From NCBI GenBank assembly GCA_026770705.1, contig JANJGN010000140.1, positions 496,001 through 560,000 of the forward strand: a DNA stretch of 64,000 bases. Reading direction: 5' to 3'. The notes beneath the pieces were generated by a model that saw only the letters and a program-made list of their open reading frames with translations, was not told the DNA's origin and did no database searches. This DNA is from Isurus oxyrinchus (lineage: Eukaryota). Positions 58,909 to 64,000 of the stretch are shown one piece after another. A program made the position numbers and the translations under genes. Positions within the stretch are counted from its first letter, which is position 1, and every line of letters begins with the position of its first letter.

Positions 58909-60959
58909 TATGATGCAACAACAGCCCCTTGGAAGAGCAGTTTTATTTGCTGTTGTAATCTGTTAAATAACCGTGGAAAAACGGGTTGGCATATATGTAG
59001 AGCAGGAGATGAGGAAGCAATTCTGCTGTTATCAAAATGTAACAAATCAATTATCTGGGTTTGAACAGGAGAACTGTCTCGTCCTCCTGCCGCATCTGAC
59101 GGCATCACTCAGAATATAATTCATATAGGAGGAGGAGAGACCCGGGTTGTGTAGAGCACCGCGCTGGGCGGGCTTTGTGTTTGAAAATTCGCCCCGCCAT
59201 CATTGCCTCGACGTCGTGCTCATAAAAGTAATATTTTTGCGATGTAAGGCAACTCATCATATTCCAAAAGCAGGAAGAGAATTAATGAATGAGAGTGCAC
59301 GAGGGAAAGTGGAGGAGAGGAGAGAAAAAACTGGAATAGAGAAAGAACAAAAAACAAAGATTTCAAATATACAGTAAAACTGAGCGAAAAACTGACAAAA
59401 GCAAGAAAGATAACGCCTGGTATTTGTCATTCTGTACCCGCTGTTTCTCGCATTGCCTTGCATCTTTTCTGGTGATGTGGAAAGCGCTATGAAGGCCCGT
59501 ATTTAACACACGTTTCTACTTCCCACCAGGGAACAACCTTCTTGAACCACAGCAGCTCCTCTGCTGAAGTTGAACACACAATGCTGTCAGCTAGGATTTA
59601 CAAAATTAAGAGCCAGGATCGATGAAGGACCGGCGATATATGTAAGTTGGAATGATGTTTGACTTGGAGGGGAAAGTGGATGTGATGGTTCTTACCATGT
59701 TCCCGTTGCCCTTCCAAGTGATTGAGATCATGTGTTTGGGGGGTACTTACCACCGATGCAGAGTAGCAGCAGTCTGTACCATCTACAAGGTGCACTGCAG
59801 AAACTCTCCAAGGGTACACGACATTACCTTCCAAATCCACGATCGCTACCACCTAGAAGGACAAGGGCAGACAGATAGACCGTAACACCACCACCTGGAA
59901 GTTCCCCTCCAAGTCACTCACCATCCGAACTTGGAAATATATCCACTAGTCCTTCAATTACTGGGTCAAAATCCTGGCACTCCTTTCCTTACAGCACTGT
60001 GGGCGTACCTACACCACATGGACTGCAGCGGTTAAAGAAGGCAGCTCCCCCCACCTTCTAAAAGGCAAGTTGGGATGGGCAATGATTGCTTCCCCCGCCA
60101 GCGAAGCCCATAAATTAATAAAATAAAGGCTTTGTGTGCTGCTGCAGTGCATCCTATGGGCTTCACACCCCACAGCTGCGATTGGGAATCAGGATTCAAC
60201 CTCTGATGTGCTGCTGTTGCCACGGGTGCTCAGGATGTTCTTGGGGAACTGACTGTAGGTCATACCATTGAAGGTCAAATGGAGGTGGCCGTGCGTCTAA
60301 TCAATGTAAACTTAGGTGACTGTATTTTCATAGATTATTGATAGTTCGGGTCATTCGATTCGTCAAGCAAATGGATATCTTAGCTTGGAACTATATCTAT
60401 ACTCTCTATCACTGTTTATGTAGCTATTTCTCCATTTATATAATATGATTCACGGTTTCTGTTATTGCTGCACTGATGAAACACCTGTTTAAATTACAGA
60501 AGAGCCCGTAATTTAGTTTATTCTAGCATTGCATCTATTTCACGTGATATTAGACCAGAACACCGCCGCAGTTATTACTGCTGCAGAATCAGAGCTGTGT
60601 TTGTCTCAATTTGTCCCCTCGAAATTTGACCATGGTGGAATTCAAGCCCACAAGCCTTGAATGCCTTACCATGCAAGGAATAGAGTGACAACCAATTTCC
60701 CTATGCAGCTACACTTGATTTTGTAATGCTATTATAATATAGTATTTCATAATACGATGCATTGTATTATAATATAATAATTTAGATTACATTTGGCCAT
60801 GTGCCAGATGTTGCTGCATAAATACATGCCTTTGTTTATGTTACATCAGACGTTGTCTCCTGGTTTTTACTATATTGGGCCCTGGCTCCGTTTATATTTC
60901 AGTACGCCATGCCTCTGATTCTATCACATGAACGTCTGTCTGGTGTAATGAAAACACCT

Positions 60960-61190
60960 GTAAACGGGGAGTGTCGCTTGACACAATAGTCTCCGTGTTG
61001 CAACTGTGCACTGAAAATATCTGCAAAATTTCGATGCGCTCTTTGTTCGTTCCAGACGTTTACAATGCGCCACAAGAGGGGCGCAAGTGAGCCTCCGCCA
61101 CAAGAAACTGAGCTGCAGCTGTTCATCCCACTCCACTGGCAGAAATGGTTTTGTTCCTTTCTTCGCTGCCAGTCTCTTGCTCAGTAACCG
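60960..61190 (-). pseudogene. Possible TCR V relic
   Basis: LAAKKG...QLSFLWRR...NFADIFSAQLQ..DYCVKR resemble FR1, FR2 and FR3 pieces of the delta-like V at 36524; heavily deleted. Confidence 0.35.
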
Positions 61191-62246
61191 CACACCTTCT
61201 CACGGAAAACTTCTCGGAATTCATAACAGTAATATTGGCACTTCCGTACTTAATTCTTGTTCATCTCTAGTCTCTCGTGGTTTGCGTTGAAAAACTTCAC
61301 TGAGTGAAATTCACTGACAAATTCTGAATCATTTTAGATAAACTCCGGGGCTTGTAGTAGAGGGTGTTCGTCAGCAGGTGGTGAGAGTGATCTTACTGAC
61401 ATTGAAAACTGAAACCAATTTTGTTGAGTACAGGTCATTCTGTGCGCTGTCGGCGAAAGTAATAGTATTGGTACAGAGATTGGAATTACACAAATTATTG
61501 CTTAGACTAATTGTAAACGAGCATATATCGCTGGAACTTATCTGAAGGGAAACCAGGTATTAAATTTATTCGAAACCACACTTTCAGAAGTATACAATAG
61601 TTTTGGAGCGGGCCCAGAAGATATTTATTCAAATTGAACCAGAGATGAGATACCTCGGGTATCTAAAGAGATTAGAGAAACAGGGATTTCTTCCTTAGGG
61701 CAGGGAATCTTAGAGGGGGATTATACCAGAGGTTTCTAAATTTCTGAAAGGTTGTTTCACAGAATTGTTAGTGAGATGCTAATTCCACTGGCAGGAGGAT
61801 CGGTAGCCAATGTTCAGACAATTCGTAGAGGAATAAAGGGGAAAAGTCACATCTTTTTATGCAGCGAATTGTTGTGAGCTGGGCTTTATTTCCTTTAGGG
61901 GAATGGAACTATATTCAGTTGGGACTTTAAAAAGGAAACTGTACAGATGCTTGCAAGTGGAAGAGGTGCAGGGGTTTGGAGAAAGAGAAGGAGAGTACAT
62001 CTAATTATAAGAATTTTTTTCCAGGGAACGGGCACAGATTTGATGGGGTGGGTGGGCTCCATCTTTCCTTTCGGCTTGATGAGCCCATAAATTGAAATTG
62101 GATGAATTAAGGTTAGCAATTGTATTCTTCAGGCTGCTTTATGTGATATTAGCATAGGGACGCTTAACAGAAACCGTGTCAGCGAATGAAATGGTATATT
62201 TGTAAATATAAGATATGACCTTTAGTAGCGAAAATGACTTACATTG

Positions 62247-64000
62247 AAACATAGAAACTAGGAGCAGGAGTAGGCCATTCGGCCCTTCGAGCCTGCTCCA
62301 TCATTCAATATGATCATGGCTGATCATCGAACTCAATAGCCTGCTCCAGCTTTCTCCCCATATCATTTGAGCCCTTTCGCCCCAAAAGCTATATCTAACT
62401 CCTTATTGAGAACATACAATGTTTTGGCCTCAACTACTGTCTTTGGTAGCAAATTTCACAGGCTCACTACTCTCTGGGTGAAGAAATTTCTCCTCATATC
62501 AGTCCTAAATGGTCTACTCCGTATCCACAGACTGTGACCCCTGGTTCTAGACTCCTCCACCATCGGGAACATCCTTCCTGCATCTACCCTGTCTAGTCTT
62601 GTTAGAATTCTATATGTTTCTATGAGATCCCCCCCCCCCCAAATTCTTCTGAACTTCAGCGAATGTAATCCTAACCGACTCAATCTCTCCTCATATGTCA
62701 GTCCCGACATCCCAGGAATCAGTCTGAATAAACATCGCTGTACTCCATCTATAGCAAGAATACCCTTCGTCAGAATGGAGACCAAAACTGCAGACAATAT
62801 TCCAAAGGTGGTCTCACCAAGGCCCTGTATAATTGCAGCAAGACACCCTGCTCCTGTACTCGAATCCTGTCGCTATGAAGGCCAACTTACCATTTGCCTT
62901 CTTTACCGCCTGGTGTACCTGCATGCTTACCTTCAACGACTGATGCACGAGGACATCCAGGTCTCGTTACACATTCCCCTTCCAATGTATAGCCATTCAG
63001 ATAATAACCTGCCTTATTGTTTTTGCTACCAAAGTGGATAACATCACATTTTTGCACATTATATTGCATCTGCCACGCATTTGCCTATTCACTCAACTTT
63101 TCCAAATCTTACTGAAGCATCTCTGCATCCTCCGCAAAGCTCACCCTCCCACCCAACTTTGTTTCATCGACAAATTTGGAGAAATTACATTTAGCTCCTT
63201 CATCTAAATCATTAATATATACCGATCGCTGCAGTACCCCCACGAATCACTGCTGCCATTTGGAAGAAGGTCCATTTATTCCAATTCTTTGTTTCCTGTC
63301 TGCCAAACAGTTTTCTATCCATCTCAAAACACTACTCCTAGTCCCATGTGCTTTAATTTTACACGTTAATCCCTTAGGTGGGACTTTGTCAAAGCCTTCT
63401 GAAAATCCAAATCCACTGGGCCCCCCTCATCAACTCTACTCGTTACATTCTCGAAAACTTCCAGTAGATTTGTCAAGCATGATTTCCCATTTGTAAATCC
63501 ATGCTGACTCTGTCCGAATCTGTCACTGTTTTCCAAGTGCTCAGCTATTAAATTTTTCTAATAGACTTTTGAATTTTCCCCATTACGGACGTCAGGCTGA
63601 CTGGTTTATAATTCCTGCTTTTCTCTCAACTTCCCTTTTGGAATGGCGGGGTTACATTAACTAACCTCCAATCTGCAGGAACTGGTCCAGAGTATATAGA
63701 ATCTCGGAAGATGACCACCAATGCATCCATAATATTTGGGCCACTTTCTTAAGCACTCTGGGATATAGATTATCAGGCCCTGGGGGTTTATCGGCCTTCA
63801 ATCCCATCAATTTCCACAACACCAACTCCCTACTAATACTGATTTCTTTCAGTTCCTCGCTTTCACTAAACCATGTGTTCCACAACATTCCTTGTTATTT
63901 TTGTCCTCCATTTTGAAGGCAAAGTATGTACTTAGTTGGTCGGCCATTTGTTTGTTCCCCATTATAAATTTCCCTGTTTCTTACTATAAGGGGCCTACAT
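62247..64000 (-). mobile_element. CR1 LINE (RT plus 3' tail), continues beyond the window
   Basis: KPPGPDNLYPRVLK, YEERLSRLGLHSLKFRR, FFTQRVVSL; tail GAAACATAGAAAC. Confidence 0.94.

Overview
Vertebrate genomic DNA, almost certainly from a cartilaginous fish (shark-type CR1 LINEs, SINEs, Penelope-like elements and NAR-TCR V segments). The window is part of the V-segment array of a T-cell receptor alpha/delta locus. I can recognise about 15 V segments or relics in both orientations, many with 23-bp-spacer RSSs. Only one (38741-39296, minus) looks fully intact, and it lacks the canonical first Cys and Trp41. Two decayed NAR-TCR V cassettes (6345-6568 and 18263-18765) share upstream sequence. 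Other contents: a 62-bp tandem repeat whose unit contains a complete 23-RSS (13939-14182, running into an N gap); a probable fossil IgH mini-cluster (VH-like and C1-domain relics, about 33020-35545); an intact two-exon GPR139/142-like GPCR among the V segments (50778-52656); a decayed tRNA cluster in the first 4 kb; and a young Penelope element with a ~1.2 kb inverted repeat and variant minimal hammerhead ribozymes. The remainder is largely CR1/LINE/SINE debris, satellites and four N gaps. All calls come from manual reading and translation; no database searches were run.
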